From an uncultured Flavipsychrobacter sp. (lineage in GTDB: Bacteria; Bacteroidota; Bacteroidia; Chitinophagales; Chitinophagaceae), in contig CAZEZM010000018.1 of NCBI GenBank assembly GCA_964515955.1, positions 1,933 through 65,932 of the forward strand: a stretch of 64,000 bases of DNA, read 5' to 3'. The notes beneath the pieces are model-generated. The model had not been told where the DNA came from. It did not search any database and saw only the letters and a program-made list of their open reading frames with translations. This document shows positions 11,050 to 21,111 of the stretch, one piece after another (within the stretch, counting starts at the first letter, position 1; each line of letters opens with the position of its first letter). The translations under genes and the position numbers were made by a program.

Positions 11050-12120
11050 ATGTCAAGTGTATGCATTGTTACGGGTTCTTCAGGTTTGATAGGTAGTGAA
11101 TCTGTTGAGTTTTTTGCGGAAAAGTTTGATAAAGTGGTAGGCATAGACAACAATATGCGTATGCGCTTTTTCGGCCCGGATGCTTCAACAGAGTGGAATA
11201 CGGAACACCTGAAACAAACCATCGGTAATTTTGAACACCATAGCGCTGACATCAGGGACATTGAAGCTCTTGATGCCATCTTTGCGCAATATGGTTCCGA
11301 TATAAAATTGATTGTACACACTGCTGCACAACCCAGCCACGACTGGGCCGCCCGTGAGCCAATTACAGACTTTACCGTAAACGCAAACGGTACGCTGAAC
11401 CTGCTGGAGGTGACCAGGAAGCACTGCAAAGACGCCACATTCATTTTCACATCGACCAACAAAGTATATGGGGATACGCCTAACTATCTGCCGTTGGTAG
11501 AGCTGGATAAGCGCTGGGAGATTGCGGAAGATCATGCCTATTATACCCACGGTATCGATGAAAATATGAGTATTGACCATACCAAACATTCCTTATTCGG
11601 CGCGTCAAAGGTGGCAGCCGACGTAGTGGCACAGGAGTATGGACGCTATTTTGGAATGAATATCGGCATTTTCAGGGGCGGCTGCCTCACTGGCCCCAGG
11701 CATAGCGGCACTCAATTGCACGGGTTCTTATCGTACCTTATGAAGTGTGCCATCACAGGCGATAAATACACAATATTCGGATACAAAGGCAAGCAGGTGA
11801 GGGATAACATACACTCATGGGACCTGGTAAATATGTTCTGGCATTTTTACCAGCAACCCCGCCAGGGCGAGGTGTATAATGCCGGGGGCGGTAGGTTTTC
11901 AAACTGCTCCATGCTGGAAGCAATTGAGTTGTGCGAAAAAATTACCGGTAAAAAAATGAATTATAGCTATTCTGACACAAACAGGATAGGCGACCATATA
12001 TGGTGGATAAGCGATACGTCGAAGTTTGAATCACACTACCCCGGCTGGAAACTTCATTACAATATTGAAGATATTCTGACACAGATTTTCCAGGCATTCC
12101 AAAGCAGGATACACGCATAA
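11050..12120 (+). CDS. NAD-dependent epimerase/dehydratase family protein (extended SDR paralog, atypical active-site motif)
   Basis: Rossmann motif [10 protein letters not shown]. Where YxxxK is expected the sequence reads FGASK (alignment by eye). [16 protein letters not shown] is paralogous to the 8066..9127 product. Confidence 0.8.
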   Translation: MSSVCIVTGSSGLIGSESVEFFAEKFDKVVGIDNNMRMRFFGPDASTEWNTEHLKQTIGNFEHHSADIRDIEALDAIFAQYGSDIKLIVHTAAQPSHDWAAREPITDFTVNANGTLNLLEVTRKHCKDATFIFTSTNKVYGDTPNYLPLVELDKRWEIAEDHAYYTHGIDENMSIDHTKHSLFGASKVAADVVAQEYGRYFGMNIGIFRGGCLTGPRHSGTQLHGFLSYLMKCAITGDKYTIFGYKGKQVRDNIHSWDLVNMFWHFYQQPRQGEVYNAGGGRFSNCSMLEAIELCEKITGKKMNYSYSDTNRIGDHIWWISDTSKFESHYPGWKLHYNIEDILTQIFQAFQSRIHA

Positions 12121-12123
12121 ACT

Positions 12124-12861
12124 ATGAAGCTGTCAGTAGTAATACCAGCCTATAATGAGCAGGAATCTTTGCCGGAGACGCTTAAGAGCATATACGCTAA
12201 GTTGTCGGAAGAAAAGATACCCCATGAAATACTGGTAGTAAATGACAACTCGAAAGATGACACTTTGGACGTGCTGAACAACCTGTCTAAAGAAATAGAT
12301 ACGTTGGTATATTATACCAATCCTGGTCCCAATGGCTTTGGTATGGCGGTAAGGTATGGAATGGAGCGGTTTACAGGCGATTGTATGGCACTGGTAATGG
12401 CAGACCTTTCAGACTCTCCTGACGACCTGGTGCGTTTTTACAGGAAAATGGTGAGCGGCAACTATGATTGCGTATTTGGCAGCAGGTTTATACAAGGGGG
12501 TAAGGTATACAACTACCCCAGGCACAAACTGTTTTTGAACAGGCTGGTGAATAACGGGGTCCGGATAGTGTTCGGCATCCCCTACAATGATTTTACCAAC
12601 GCTTTTAAGCTGTATAAAAAGGAAACTATACAAGGCCTGAAACCATTTATGTCACCGCATTTCAACCTGACACTCGAACTGTCATTAAAGGCTGTTATCA
12701 GGGGATATAGTTTTACGGTGCTGCCCAATGCCTGGACCAACAGGAAATTTGGAAAATCGAACCTGAAGATAAAAGAGATGGGCAGCCGTTATTTCTTTAT
12801 TTTCATGTACTGCCTGATTGAGAAATTTTTCTCGCGTGGCGATTACCATAAAAAGAATTAA
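12124..12861 (+). CDS. family 2 glycosyltransferase, polyprenyl-phosphate sugar synthase-like (Dpm1/GtrB/ArnC-like)
   Basis: VVIPAYNEQESL start, a DxD-type VVNDNSKDDT, ADLSD, and a short hydrophobic C-terminus. 245 aa. Confidence 0.8.
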   Translation: MKLSVVIPAYNEQESLPETLKSIYAKLSEEKIPHEILVVNDNSKDDTLDVLNNLSKEIDTLVYYTNPGPNGFGMAVRYGMERFTGDCMALVMADLSDSPDDLVRFYRKMVSGNYDCVFGSRFIQGGKVYNYPRHKLFLNRLVNNGVRIVFGIPYNDFTNAFKLYKKETIQGLKPFMSPHFNLTLELSLKAVIRGYSFTVLPNAWTNRKFGKSNLKIKEMGSRYFFIFMYCLIEKFFSRGDYHKKN

Positions 12862-12914
12862 GCACCGGTTGAAGGCATTCTTTTTTTGTAAATAATCATC
12901 CTTATTTTTACAGT

Positions 12915-13694
12915 ATGAGCGATACTGTGTTACTGCATAAAGAAAATGGCGTAGGGTATATCACCTTCAACCGGCCTGATAAATACAATAGCTTCAACCG
13001 CGAAATGGCGCTGGCATTGCAGGGGCACCTCGATAATTGTGCGGCAGATGAAACTATTCGCTGCATATACATAACAGGTAGCGGTAAGGGTTTTTGCGCC
13101 GGCCAGGATTTGGCCGAAACTCCCGACCCAAACAAGGTGGACTTTGATAAAATAGTGAGTGAACACTACAATCCCGTAATACAGCGTCTGCGCGATATAG
13201 AAAAACCTATTGTTGCCGCAGTAAATGGTGTAGCAGCAGGTGCGGGTGCCAATATAGCCCTGGCTTGTGATATAGTGTTAGCTACTAAGAGTGCGTCATT
13301 CATACAGGCGTTCAGCAAAATAGGCTTGATACCCGATAGTGCCGGAACGTTCTTCCTGCCACGCTATGTGGGCATGCAACGTGCCGCAGCACTCATGATG
13401 TTGGGCGATAAAGTAATGGCTGATGAAGCTGCTGCTATGGGTATGATATACAAAGTATTTGCCGATGAAAGTTTTGAAACCGACAGCAAACAATTGGCAT
13501 TTACATTGGCAAACATGCCTACTAAGGGCATAGGGCTCACCAAAAGATTGTTAAACCAATCGTACAATAACAATCTGGATCAACAACTGGAACTGGAAAA
13601 ACAAGTGCAGGTAGAGGCGGGTAATACAGAAGATTTTGTGGAAGGTGTCAACGCTTTCCTGGAAAAGAGGAAACCTGTATTCAAAGGTAAATAG
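12915..13694 (+). CDS. enoyl-CoA hydratase/isomerase family protein (crotonase fold, PaaG-like)
   Basis: 259 aa. Contains ITFNRPDKYNSF, GKGFCAGQDL, AAVNGVAAGAGANIALACD and EGVNAFLEKRKPVFKG. Confidence 0.85.
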   Translation: MSDTVLLHKENGVGYITFNRPDKYNSFNREMALALQGHLDNCAADETIRCIYITGSGKGFCAGQDLAETPDPNKVDFDKIVSEHYNPVIQRLRDIEKPIVAAVNGVAAGAGANIALACDIVLATKSASFIQAFSKIGLIPDSAGTFFLPRYVGMQRAAALMMLGDKVMADEAAAMGMIYKVFADESFETDSKQLAFTLANMPTKGIGLTKRLLNQSYNNNLDQQLELEKQVQVEAGNTEDFVEGVNAFLEKRKPVFKGK

Positions 13695-13700
13695 GAGCCA

Positions 13701-14723
13701 CTATACTAACTGGGGTACAGCCTGTGGTGCATGCTCTTCTATCAGTTTCCTGATGATTTCGGCAGTTTCATCAGGAAAATCGACATTCACTCTTTCGTCG
13801 CTTAACAGCCACCATCTTATTTTATCATAATATTTCCGGCTCAACTGTTTGATAACCGGCACGCCTATCTGTGCAGCCGCGGCAGCATTGCATTGTTGTT
13901 CGTATTGCGACTGCATGGGTATTACCATCAGCTTCTTGCCCAGGTACAATGCCTCGGCAGGGCCTTCAAAGCCGGCACCGCATAGCACGCCTGTACTACC
14001 CGCCATACTTCTGATAAATGCATTGTTTTCTATAGGTTGTATATGTACGTTTTTAAAACTGAAGGCTTCTTTGTTGTGTTTGGAAAATACCTGCCATTGT
14101 ACATCCGCAAAATGCGAGAGGTGTTCTACAAGGGCTTTGTCGTCGTAAGAAGGGAGGTAAACAGTATAATGCCCTTCATCTGTTGCTACTATATCTCTTA
14201 TCTCGCGGCGAATGACAGGGGTAAATATGTTATTTGAATACCGCCGGAAATGAAATCCATATGCATCAGTAACAGGTGCATAATGTTTAAGTATCAACTC
14301 TCCTTTCAGGTCGCCTTTAGCGGGCTGTGGGGCGTTCTCAGCCATTACTGCAGCCTGGTGGCTCAAGCCTATACACGGTTTCCTCTTTAGTTTGCAGGCC
14401 CAGGCGCTCACTGGTTCAAAGTCATTTACTACCAGGTCATAGTCTTCAATCGGCAACTTGTTAATGTCCCTGATGAGCTTAAATAGTTTGAGTTTTTTCG
14501 CAGTCAGCCATATATCCACCCCGCCTTTACTGCCAAAGATGAAACTCATACCATAAAGCTTATACTTTACAGGAAAAGGAAATTCCACATCAGCCTGTAT
14601 GCCGCTGATGAGTACATCTACCTCACCGTATTTACATAACTCAGGATAAATGTCTCTGGCACGGCTCAGGTGGCCATTACCTGTTCCTTGTATGGCGAAT
14701 AATATTTTCACTTTGTTGTTCAA
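13701..14723 (-). CDS. glycosyltransferase, MJ1255/TIGR00661-like (GT-B fold)
   Basis: N-terminal ILFAIQGTGNGHLSRA and C-terminal GAGFEGPAEALYLGKKLMVIP. The start is TTG 14723, overlapping the upstream stop; an alternative GTG is at 14711. Confidence 0.7.
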   Translation of the reverse strand: MNNKVKILFAIQGTGNGHLSRARDIYPELCKYGEVDVLISGIQADVEFPFPVKYKLYGMSFIFGSKGGVDIWLTAKKLKLFKLIRDINKLPIEDYDLVVNDFEPVSAWACKLKRKPCIGLSHQAAVMAENAPQPAKGDLKGELILKHYAPVTDAYGFHFRRYSNNIFTPVIRREIRDIVATDEGHYTVYLPSYDDKALVEHLSHFADVQWQVFSKHNKEAFSFKNVHIQPIENNAFIRSMAGSTGVLCGAGFEGPAEALYLGKKLMVIPMQSQYEQQCNAAAAAQIGVPVIKQLSRKYYDKIRWWLLSDERVNVDFPDETAEIIRKLIEEHAPQAVPQLV

Positions 14724-15610
14724 GCGGCTTCTATATTACCCGCAATTCCGTCCAGCGGACCGGGTTTGTTCATATTTACATTCAGTTCCTGCAGTAGTAC
14801 CGCCATCAGTTCTTTGGGGCTTTCTTTGACCTGTTTTTTCTTGTTGATATTGATTGCCTGGGCCACCAGGTCATCAGCATACCTGTATATACTCCACTGG
14901 CCATTGTTATATTCCAGCCCTGTCAGGTTTTCTATCCAGTCGCCTGAATTCATATATATTACCGGGCCATTTTCAGTCACCACTGTTCTTATTTCAGGAT
15001 GGTGTATATGCCCACATATCACGTACTTGTATTTATTTTCAGCCGCAATCTCGCACACCGTAGATTCGAAGCTATTGATGAACTTCACTGCACTTTTTAC
15101 ACTATTTTTTATTTTTTTGGAAAGTGATACTTTCCCGCGTCCGAGTTTCAGCGATATGAAATTCACGAAGCGGTTGATGAGTATCAATGTATCATAGCCT
15201 ACTGCACCCAGCCGGGCCAGCCATTTGCTATGTTGCATTACTACATCAAATACATCACCATGAAATATCCACACTTTGGCACCGTTTATCTTCAGCGAAA
15301 GTTTGTTGGTAATTCTGAGCGAACCGAGTTGGAAGCCTTTAAAGCGGCGCAGCATTTCGTCATGATTGCCGGGGATATAATAAACCGGGACACCCTTGGT
15401 TATCCATCCTACGATGTGTTTAATGACCATCATATGCGTCGCGGGCCAATATCGTTTGCTGAACTGCCAGATGTCTATAATGTCGCCATTGAGCACTACT
15501 GCCTTGGGCTTAATACTTTTCAGGTATTGCAGCAACTCTTTTGCATGACAACCGTATGTTCCCAGGTGAATGTCCGACAGGACGATAATATCTACTTCCC
15601 TTTTTGCCAT
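14720..15610 (-). CDS. LpxH-like metallophosphoesterase (UDP-2,3-diacylglucosamine diphosphatase family)
   Basis: Calcineurin-like motifs LSDIHLG, NGDIIDIW, IPGNHD, FHGD and CGHIHHP. ATG at 15610; the track ORF starts at an upstream TTG at 15646. Confidence 0.75.
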   Translation of the reverse strand: MAKREVDIIVLSDIHLGTYGCHAKELLQYLKSIKPKAVVLNGDIIDIWQFSKRYWPATHMMVIKHIVGWITKGVPVYYIPGNHDEMLRRFKGFQLGSLRITNKLSLKINGAKVWIFHGDVFDVVMQHSKWLARLGAVGYDTLILINRFVNFISLKLGRGKVSLSKKIKNSVKSAVKFINSFESTVCEIAAENKYKYVICGHIHHPEIRTVVTENGPVIYMNSGDWIENLTGLEYNNGQWSIYRYADDLVAQAININKKKQVKESPKELMAVLLQELNVNMNKPGPLDGIAGNIEAA

Positions 15611-15720
15611 ATGTATGGTGTTAGATAGCCTTATACGGCTATACAAAGGGACGCATTTACTGTAATGCCATCATTAACAACACATTATCTTAATATTAAT
15701 AATGTGATGGGCGGTATTAT

Positions 15721-17160
15721 TTAAAGTAATGCTTCAATGGCTTCAATGAGCTTTTCACTATTGCTGGGGCGGGGGGTATCTTCTGCGGCAAATTTTCCTT
15801 CGCGGTCAACAAGGAAGTACGCTGGTATGCCACGTACACCATAGTCTTCTGCTATTTTAGCCTTCCACCCATCTACACGGGTATGCAGTCCTGTGAGTTC
15901 ATATTTCTCTTTGGCCTTCTGCCATGCTTCAGCATCTTCATCTATAGATATGTACACAAACACTACGTCCTTACCTGCAAAATGCTCTTTTATTTTTTTA
16001 GTATGTTTGAACTGTGCAATACATGGGCCGCACCAACTGGCCCAGAAATCTATATATACCACTTTCCCCTTCAGTTCAGATAACTTTACTTTTTTACCCC
16101 CTTCATCTGTAACCGTAAAATCCATAGCTGTTGCGCCGATACTCAATCGTCTTTTTTGCTCAATCATTTGTTCTATGTACTTAGCGTACCTGCTATCGCT
16201 ATACCTGCCGGTAAATGTATTGTAGAGTTGCTCCGTCCGTGCCAATGGTGCATTACGCACCGACGATGCAATATATTCAGCAAACACATACTCTTCTGTT
16301 TGTGCGGGCATATTTTGGCGTGATAATTCCAGCATTTTATCTCCCTGTATATATTGTTTTCCCGGAACGTCATTATCACTGACAACACCGTTCGCCTCAA
16401 GCAATTGCATATAATATTTGCTTGCATAATTTCGATAAGGGAGAATGTACAGAAAATCATCATTGAATTTTGCCGGTGTGTTTTTTACTACTGTCTGGCT
16501 CTCTTCAGGAATGTCAGTGATGTCATAGCTTTTATTCTTCACTATTTCGTGCATGTATGGGTACAGCAGCATATTATTATACTTTGTGTATTCATAGTAG
16601 GCATTCCAGAATTCTATAAATGATTGCGGCAGGCCCCTGCTATTCTCAACCAGGAAGTTAATTTCCCTTTGTACGAGTCCGGTCATGGCTTTTTCAAATT
16701 CTGCCGGTTCTTTGGCATTTAGTTTATGTGCCTTATCATGAAAGTTATCAATAAGTCCGTATGTCAATACATACTTAGCCATGAAGTTGGCAACAGCGGG
16801 GTCCATACCTACACCCTGGTATTTCATCGTGTTGTCAAAATCAGATGCATCTACCGTCATTACCAACTTATCACCGGGACTGGCATATATTTCTGTAGCC
16901 TGCTCACCGTTTTGAATGGTAATGAGTGTATAGTTGTGCGGCAGGGGTAGCATCACCAGGAAGTTGCCGTTTTTATCCAATTTCTCATTCACTACATGCA
17001 TGCTGAAGTCCAGCCAGTTTTCACCGTATTCGGCATAGCTGATTGTAATACTATCAGCCAGGGGATTGGTAATAGTCCCTTTTATTGAAATATCATTTTT
17101 ACCTGCAAATGCAGCGATAGTATTCAGGACCAGGAATGCGGCAATCAATAATTTTTTCAT
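15721..17160 (-). CDS. TlpA-like thiol:disulfide oxidoreductase with a long N-terminal domain
   Basis: Signal peptide. The C-terminal thioredoxin fold has FWASWCGPC and GIPAYFLVDREGK. Confidence 0.8.
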   Translation of the reverse strand: MKKLLIAAFLVLNTIAAFAGKNDISIKGTITNPLADSITISYAEYGENWLDFSMHVVNEKLDKNGNFLVMLPLPHNYTLITIQNGEQATEIYASPGDKLVMTVDASDFDNTMKYQGVGMDPAVANFMAKYVLTYGLIDNFHDKAHKLNAKEPAEFEKAMTGLVQREINFLVENSRGLPQSFIEFWNAYYEYTKYNNMLLYPYMHEIVKNKSYDITDIPEESQTVVKNTPAKFNDDFLYILPYRNYASKYYMQLLEANGVVSDNDVPGKQYIQGDKMLELSRQNMPAQTEEYVFAEYIASSVRNAPLARTEQLYNTFTGRYSDSRYAKYIEQMIEQKRRLSIGATAMDFTVTDEGGKKVKLSELKGKVVYIDFWASWCGPCIAQFKHTKKIKEHFAGKDVVFVYISIDEDAEAWQKAKEKYELTGLHTRVDGWKAKIAEDYGVRGIPAYFLVDREGKFAAEDTPRPSNSEKLIEAIEALL

Positions 17161-17207
17161 CGGGTATGTATTTATGGCCTTACAAATTATAAAAAATAAC
17201 CCGCAGA

Positions 17208-18995
17208 TTATGCGGTAGTATTCATTTCTGTCTGGTGGCGGTACAGTCTTGCATAGCGCTTGTCCTGTTGCATCAGTTCTTCATGCGTTCCCTGCTCCAC
17301 TATTCGTCCATTATCCAGTACTATGATTTTATCAAAATCCCAACCGGTGAAGATTCGGTGCGTAATCACTATTACGGTTTTACCCGTTAAGTATGGCTTC
17401 AGGTTGGTGAGAATATTCTGTTCTGTTTGTGTGTCTACTGCTGAAAGGGATTCATCCATTAACAGGATGGGACTATTCTTCACTAAAGCCCTTGCCAGTA
17501 CCAGCCTTTGTTTTTGGCCACCGGATAGCATCACACCGCGTTCACCTATTACCGTTTCATATCCATCCTTCAGCATAGCAATATCTTTCTCAAAGTCGGC
17601 CAGTCTTGCTGCCTCTTTTATATCAGCTTCAGTAGCCTCTGCCCTGCCAAACCTGATATTATTATATACTGTATCAGAAAACAAGAGTGCTTCCTGTGGC
17701 GCATATGCAACAGAACTACGCAGGGTTTGCAGGTGATAATCGCTTATCGGCCGCCCGTCAATGTTGATGTGCCCATTATCAGCATCGTACATACGCAGCA
17801 GCAGGTGTACCAGTGTTGACTTGCCTGAACCTGTTTTGCCTATTATCGCTACTTTCTCACCGGCTTTTATATCAAGTGTGAAATTATCTAATGCTTTGAT
17901 ACCCGTGTGCTGATATACGAAATCAACCCCTTCAAAGCTGATATTGCCTTTGGGTATTTCATGCATAGCATTTTCCTTACTCACAATATCAGGTTGAACA
18001 TCCAGGAACTCGTTGATGCGCTTTTGCGAAGCACCGGCCCGTTGCACTATGGACGCTACCCATCCAATAGCCATCATGGGGAACATCAGCATAGTGATAT
18101 ATAGGATGAATTCTGCTATGTTGCCTGCGGAAATAGTACCCTGGATAGCATAATAACCGCCAATTAGTACCGTGCTGAGTATACTTAAGCCTATAAACAG
18201 GTTCATAGACGGGAAGAAAATAGCCTCGGTGAGCGATAGATTGACAGCACTTTTTTTATACTCTTCGCTCTTATCGTTAAAGAAACCCATCATGGCTTTT
18301 TCCTGCACGAAGGATTTGATGACCCTGATACCGGAATACGATTCCTGCGCTATGGTAGTCATATCAGATAACTGTGATTGTATCTTTTCGCTTTTTTTAA
18401 AAATTACACGATTAACTAAATATATACTTAACGCCAGGAAAGGCAGCGGCAGGATAACATAGAAGGTAAGCATGGGGCTGACACGTATCATGTTCCACAG
18501 GCACATAATAGTCAGCACTACCAAGTTGGTGGTGTACATGATGGCAGGGCCGATGTACATCCGTACACGGGATACATCTTCTGATATACGGTTCATCAGG
18601 TCTCCTGTATTGCGGGTTTTATAAAATTGTGTGTTGAGCGCCTGGTAGTGCTGGTATATATCATTTTTCAGGTCGTATTCCACATGCCGCGACATGACGA
18701 TGATGGTTTGCCGCATAAAGAACATAAAGAGGCCCCTGGCTATGGCCAACCCCAATAATATAAGGCCGCTCTGCAGCACCAGGTTGAATATATAAGACTG
18801 GAAATCCTCTGCAACATCTGTGTCTGCTACCAGGCGGTAGTTGGTAATGTTGGCATGCACCCGGTCTATTACATTACGGATGATTACCGGAGGTATTACG
18901 GCAAATACGTTGGATATAGAAACAAATAACATACCCAGGAACAAGTGCCATTTGTATCGTAACAGGTATTTATTCAGCGCAGCCAGGTGTTTCAT
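17208..18995 (-). CDS. ABC transporter, fused permease/ATP-binding protein (MsbA/MdlB-type exporter)
   Basis: 595 aa. Six-TM N-terminal half, Walker A GKTGSGKST, signature LSGGQKQR, Walker B ILLMDESLSAVD. Confidence 0.9.
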   Translation of the reverse strand: MKHLAALNKYLLRYKWHLFLGMLFVSISNVFAVIPPVIIRNVIDRVHANITNYRLVADTDVAEDFQSYIFNLVLQSGLILLGLAIARGLFMFFMRQTIIVMSRHVEYDLKNDIYQHYQALNTQFYKTRNTGDLMNRISEDVSRVRMYIGPAIMYTTNLVVLTIMCLWNMIRVSPMLTFYVILPLPFLALSIYLVNRVIFKKSEKIQSQLSDMTTIAQESYSGIRVIKSFVQEKAMMGFFNDKSEEYKKSAVNLSLTEAIFFPSMNLFIGLSILSTVLIGGYYAIQGTISAGNIAEFILYITMLMFPMMAIGWVASIVQRAGASQKRINEFLDVQPDIVSKENAMHEIPKGNISFEGVDFVYQHTGIKALDNFTLDIKAGEKVAIIGKTGSGKSTLVHLLLRMYDADNGHINIDGRPISDYHLQTLRSSVAYAPQEALLFSDTVYNNIRFGRAEATEADIKEAARLADFEKDIAMLKDGYETVIGERGVMLSGGQKQRLVLARALVKNSPILLMDESLSAVDTQTEQNILTNLKPYLTGKTVIVITHRIFTGWDFDKIIVLDNGRIVEQGTHEELMQQDKRYARLYRHQTEMNTTA

Positions 18996-19077
18996 GTGTG
19001 CAAATGTCGGTAAATTACAACATAGTTATTTTTTATGGCTATGGCAAAACCCATTGCCGAATCTCTAGGCACCCATA

Positions 19078-19107
19078 ATAAAACAGCCGCACTGAAAAAT
19101 GCGGCTG
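19078..19107 (-). terminator. intrinsic terminator candidate
   Basis: Stem cagccgca (19084-19091) pairs with tgcggctg (19100-19107). On the minus strand it is followed by TTTATTAT. Confidence 0.5.
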
Positions 19108-19324
19108 CTGCTTGTCAACAGGGGGAACTGTTCTACAATATGATAAGCATGTAATGAGTTATACTTTCAGGCTACACCCGTAGCCGGATGCAAATGTGAA
19201 ACGGATTATCTCAATAGTATAATTTATAGTGTTACAATGTCATAACACGGGCATTACAAAAACGTTACAAATAATAACACATTGAAAATCAATAAATTAT
19301 CTTCTGATAATGTAGGAGGTTTAT

Positions 19325-20989
19325 TTAAATAGATTGGATCATTTCTTCAAGATTTGTATCATCGTCAATTCCCAGCTTTTTCATTATCCTGTGCTTCATA
19401 ACGCGGATGGCCTGCGTACTGATGCCTAACATATTGGCCATTTCTTTATTGGACAGGCGTAGTTTTGAGAGGACAAAAAAGCGGGTTTCGGCCGGGGAAA
19501 TGTCCGGGATTTTTCCACGCAGACGGGTGATATATCCCTTATGTATTTTTTCGAAGTTGTTTTTGAAATCGACCCATTGTTCGTCCGTGAGCAATATGGC
19601 TTGCTTCATTTCGTTCAAAAGGTCGTATTCAGCCGGCATTTGTTCACCAGCCGATTGTTTTTTGGCCAGTTCTTCAGAGAAACGCTCTATCAGTTCATTT
19701 TTTTCATGAATATTTCGGGTGAGGTTGTCAATTTGTAATTGTGCCTGCTCACGTCTTCTCAAAGCAGTTTCTTCCGCTATTTTTCGCCTGAGTTTTAGCC
19801 GGTTGATAAAAAAGAAACTGAGACAGGCTATCATAGCGGCCAGCAGAATGAATCCGTTTCTTTCATATTTCCTTTGTTGTAACTTTTTGTCCTTAAGTAC
19901 GTTCAGGTATTTCAATGAGTCAGTCTTATTCCTGAATAAAAATTCAGCTTCAATTTTTGCGAATTTCTTCTCTTCGTTTATATCCCGCAAGCTGTCTTTC
20001 AGCAGGATGTGTTTATGATAATATACATAGGCATCTTTATAATTACCCTTCAGTTTGTAATAATCCGCGTAGTTTGAATACACTTCCATTGCCAGGTCCT
20101 TTAACCCTAATTCCCTGCTTATAGAAAGCGATTGCTCCATGTATTCTCTTGCTTTATCCAGGTTCCTTTGGTTATTATTCAGGCTGTCGGGCAGATTGGC
20201 AGGTTCATTTATAACAATACCCAGGTAAGCATCAGCAATACTGTTCAGGGTAACAGCAGCACTTTTTGCATTACCAATCATTTGTTGTTGTGCCAGCGCT
20301 GTGTATAGATACTCTAATGCTTTTCCATAATCTTCCAGCGCGATGTACATACCGCCTGCATTACTATAGAGCGTAGCTAAGTCATCAGCGTTCGCCTGTA
20401 TTTTTTCGCCTGATTCTATCCCGTCCAGGTACCAGTTAAGTGCTTCGCTGTAATTATTTTGTTTAAAATACAAATAACCAATGTTGGTATACAAGCTCAG
20501 GATATTCACCGTACCTGCTTCTTCATAAGCTTTTTTGGCTTTCATCAGGTATTCCAGCGCTTTGCCATATTCGTGTTTTTCGCTGTACAAAGCTCCCAGA
20601 GATACGGCAAGTATGGCCACCATGCGCGGGCTTTTCAGTTGCTCAGCAGCTGCTAAAGCCGCCTGGAAATGCCGGAGCGCTTCAGGGTAGTTATTCCTGA
20701 TAGCATAACAGCGTGCTATCACATTGTGCGACTTGATGATACCGTAATCGTAATTAAGTATTTTAGCTAAATCCAGGGCTTTTTTACCATACACTATTCC
20801 CTGTTCAGGATCGGCCTGGAAATAATGCATAGATATTTCGCAAAGCAAGAGGACTTTGTTCGTATCAGCTTTGGCTGAAGTAAGTACTGTTTTGAGTGAA
20901 TCAAGTTTTTCAGGAATAGTTTGTGCGGCCGGGTACCGGGGATATACAAATAACAACAATAACAGTAGTGCTGTAAATATTAATCGCAT
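19325..20989 (-). CDS. TPR-repeat sensor with a transmembrane helix and C-terminal LuxR-type HTH
   Basis: Signal/TM at the N-terminus, multiple TPR-like repeats (YxxALxxY pattern), a TM helix GFILLAAMIACLSFFFI, a coiled coil, and a LuxR HTH ending SNKEMANMLGISTQAIRVMKHRIMKKLG. Confidence 0.8.
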   Translation of the reverse strand: MRLIFTALLLLLLFVYPRYPAAQTIPEKLDSLKTVLTSAKADTNKVLLLCEISMHYFQADPEQGIVYGKKALDLAKILNYDYGIIKSHNVIARCYAIRNNYPEALRHFQAALAAAEQLKSPRMVAILAVSLGALYSEKHEYGKALEYLMKAKKAYEEAGTVNILSLYTNIGYLYFKQNNYSEALNWYLDGIESGEKIQANADDLATLYSNAGGMYIALEDYGKALEYLYTALAQQQMIGNAKSAAVTLNSIADAYLGIVINEPANLPDSLNNNQRNLDKAREYMEQSLSISRELGLKDLAMEVYSNYADYYKLKGNYKDAYVYYHKHILLKDSLRDINEEKKFAKIEAEFLFRNKTDSLKYLNVLKDKKLQQRKYERNGFILLAAMIACLSFFFINRLKLRRKIAEETALRRREQAQLQIDNLTRNIHEKNELIERFSEELAKKQSAGEQMPAEYDLLNEMKQAILLTDEQWVDFKNNFEKIHKGYITRLRGKIPDISPAETRFFVLSKLRLSNKEMANMLGISTQAIRVMKHRIMKKLGIDDDTNLEEMIQSI

Positions 20990-21056
20990 AGGGGTATGAC
21001 AATTTTATCACACTAATATATAAAAACGAAAGGGAATCATTATAGTAAAATGCAAT

Positions 21057-21086
21057 AAAAAAGCAAGGCATTTGCCCTGCTTTTTT
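21057..21086 (-). terminator. intrinsic terminator downstream of the OMP gene (bidirectional in appearance)
   Basis: gcaaggca (21063-21070) pairs with tgccctgc (21073-21080) with one mismatch. It is flanked by an A-run and a T-run. Confidence 0.5.
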
Positions 21087-21111
21087 ATATAAATGCATTA
21101 ATTAATTCTGT

